Shown one piece after another: positions 63,113 to 64,000 of a DNA stretch of 64,000 nucleotides. The notes below the pieces were generated by a model. The model did no database searches. It was given only the letters and a program-made list of their open reading frames with translations, and was not told the origin of the DNA. The DNA lies in NCBI GenBank assembly GCA_035560235.1, contig DATMAG010000040.1, positions 1,461 through 65,460 on the forward strand, written 5' to 3'. Each line of letters starts with the position of its first letter. Positions within the stretch are counted from its first letter, which is position 1. Both the position numbers and the translations under genes were made by a program. The DNA is from Blastocatellia bacterium (GTDB lineage Bacteria; Acidobacteriota; Blastocatellia; RBC074).

Positions 63113-63556
63113 TCAGCGGATCTGAAACTGACGATAAGGCATCTGCCCCGCCGCGTCCGGTTCGCGCACCATCGTGCAGCCGTCCGGCAGCACCGGCGGC
63201 GGCGCAGTCAGCAGCGCGCTGCGCCGGCGGATGCGGCTGAAGACATAGAGATTGAAGAAGTGCATTCCGCCCAGGACGACCAGCACCATGCCGATCTTCG
63301 ACGAGAGTGCTTCAATCGCCTCCTGCGCGCTCGCCACGCTGTAACCGAGTTTCAGCGCCAGCGAGACATAACCGAAATTGATCAGGTAAAACCCGACCAC
63401 CAGCAGGTGATTGACCGAATCGGCCAGCGCCTCGTTACCGTGAAAGACATCCACCAGAAAGACGCGACCGTTCTTATGCAGCGTGTGCGCCACCCAGATG
63501 GTCAGCGCCACGCTGACCGTAATGTAGAGCACGTAGGTAACGACGATGTGATTCAT
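63113..63556 (-). CDS. Hypothetical small integral membrane protein (approx. 4 TM)
   Basis: It reads YVLYITVSVALTIWVAHTL...LLVVGFYLINFGYVSLAL...MVLVVLGGMHFFNLYVF. It lies 7 nt upstream of the DCC gene on the same strand. Confidence 0.55.
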   Translation of the reverse strand: MNHIVVTYVLYITVSVALTIWVAHTLHKNGRVFLVDVFHGNEALADSVNHLLVVGFYLINFGYVSLALKLGYSVASAQEAIEALSSKIGMVLVVLGGMHFFNLYVFSRIRRRSALLTAPPPVLPDGCTMVREPDAAGQMPYRQFQIR

Positions 63557-63580
63557 ACCAGCCTCTGGTTGCTTCAGCGT

Positions 63581-63674
63581 TTCTGAACCTGTTCAGGAAT
63601 TTTCTGAACGTGTTCAGAAACACTATACGACCAGTCGGCAGCCGACACCACAAAATTCCTGAACGTGTTCAGTT
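63581..63674. promoter_or_regulatory. Three copies of an 18-bp palindromic operator-like site (TTCTGAAC-N2-GTTCAGAA) in the promoter region of the 63556 operon
   Basis: Copy 1 is 63581-63598, ttctgaacctgttcagga. Copy 2 is 63602-63619, ttctgaacgtgttcagaa, a perfect palindrome. Copy 3 is 63657-63674, tcctgaacgtgttcagtt. Copies 1 and 2 are 21 nt apart, centre to centre. Confidence 0.55.
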
Positions 63675-63750
63675 CTTTTTCAGTCGCGGAATTGTCAGGA
63701 AAGTGCTGCGACCAGGAGGCAGTCGCAGGAGGGTGAGGGGACCTCGCTCC

Positions 63751-64000
63751 TCACACTTTGATGAAGATTCTCCGGCGATACAGGATCGTCATCAGACCGA
63801 GCCAGAACAGCACGTAGGCAAGCGCAAAGGCGAGCGAGGCGTTGAGCGGCGCGAGCCACGAGGCAAAGAGTCGTTCGTAGAGAAAGGTCTTCAGATCGCC
63901 CGGCGTGCCGTCGGCTTTCATCACTGGAATAACGCCCATCACGCGAGCCATCAGTCCCGACAGCACGTACAGCGCCAGCGCGTTGACGCCGAAGATGACG
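63751..64000 (-). CDS. C-terminal part of a membrane protein (gene continues beyond window end)
   Basis: The hydrophobic C-terminus ...[27 protein letters not shown] ends at the stop at 63751. The N-terminus is outside the window. Confidence 0.35.
   Translation of the reverse strand, partial: VIFGVNALALYVLSGLMARVMGVIPVMKADGTPGDLKTFLYERLFASWLAPLNASLAFALAYVLFWLGLMTILYRRRIFIKV

Overview
This is a high-GC chromosomal window with an Acidobacteria-like gene repertoire: a PEP-CTERM substrate, SBBP/Asp-box repeats, BACON-like and DUF11 domains, the acidobacterial tandem VWA architecture and a Solibacter-type C-terminal domain. It is densely coding with about 45 genes. I found no rRNA, tRNA, CRISPR array or obvious transposase or integrase.

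Positions 1-6100 hold a minus-strand exopolysaccharide (EPS) export and assembly operon. It runs Wza, then a Wzz/GumC-type polysaccharide co-polymerase (PCP), a bacterial tyrosine (BY)-kinase-like protein with a degenerate P-loop, the priming sugar transferase, and a Wzy/O-antigen-ligase-like protein. A divergently transcribed tri-domain protein, fatty-acyl-AMP ligase / acyl carrier protein (ACP) / PlsC-type acyltransferase, follows at 6365-8926.

Positions 8.9-24.5 kb form a surface/secretome island. It has an S8 protease carrying a C-terminal hexapeptide-repeat tail, whose N-terminus is broken by a 61-bp direct-repeat-flanked insertion. It also has a 9x IPT/TIG-repeat protein with a TIGR03437-like C-terminus, a 939-aa M14-like peptidase, and an approximately 1780-aa protein combining SBBP, Asp-box, DUF11 and three BACON-like domains. 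A secreted heptad-repeat protein completes the island.

lepA follows, then a Lon N-domain protein. A minus-strand operon then encodes a protein with a transglutaminase-like domain, a coiled coil and a C-terminal beta-barrel, followed by a CRTAC1/ASPIC-like FG-GAP protein. An in-frame TGA interrupts that second protein before its UnbV_ASPIC and TlpA-thioredoxin portion.

Positions 33-41 kb carry a redox module: korA, korB, an FprA-type ferredoxin/adrenodoxin-NADP(+) reductase, and pntAA-pntAB-pntB. Housekeeping genes follow: mutS2 with a near-consensus sigma70 promoter, then dnaG and rpoD.

Downstream genes, in order:
- a Uma2-family PD-(D/E)xK endonuclease
- a tandem-VWA protein
- an ECF sigma factor with a soluble partner
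- RidA
- a POT peptide transporter
- a zinc-ribbon protein
- a PEP-CTERM protein
- acs with actP and a DUF485 protein
- PCD/DCoH
- a multi-pass membrane protein and a DUF1990-like protein
- a TetR regulator
- a DCC thiol-disulfide oxidoreductase
- a membrane protein whose promoter region carries three copies of an 18-bp palindrome

Non-coding features include two copies, 20 kb apart, of a roughly 80-nt palindromic intergenic element. There is also a 31-bp-arm inverted repeat upstream of lepA, several rho-independent terminators, and a second family of long imperfect palindromes rich in cgaag/cttcg.
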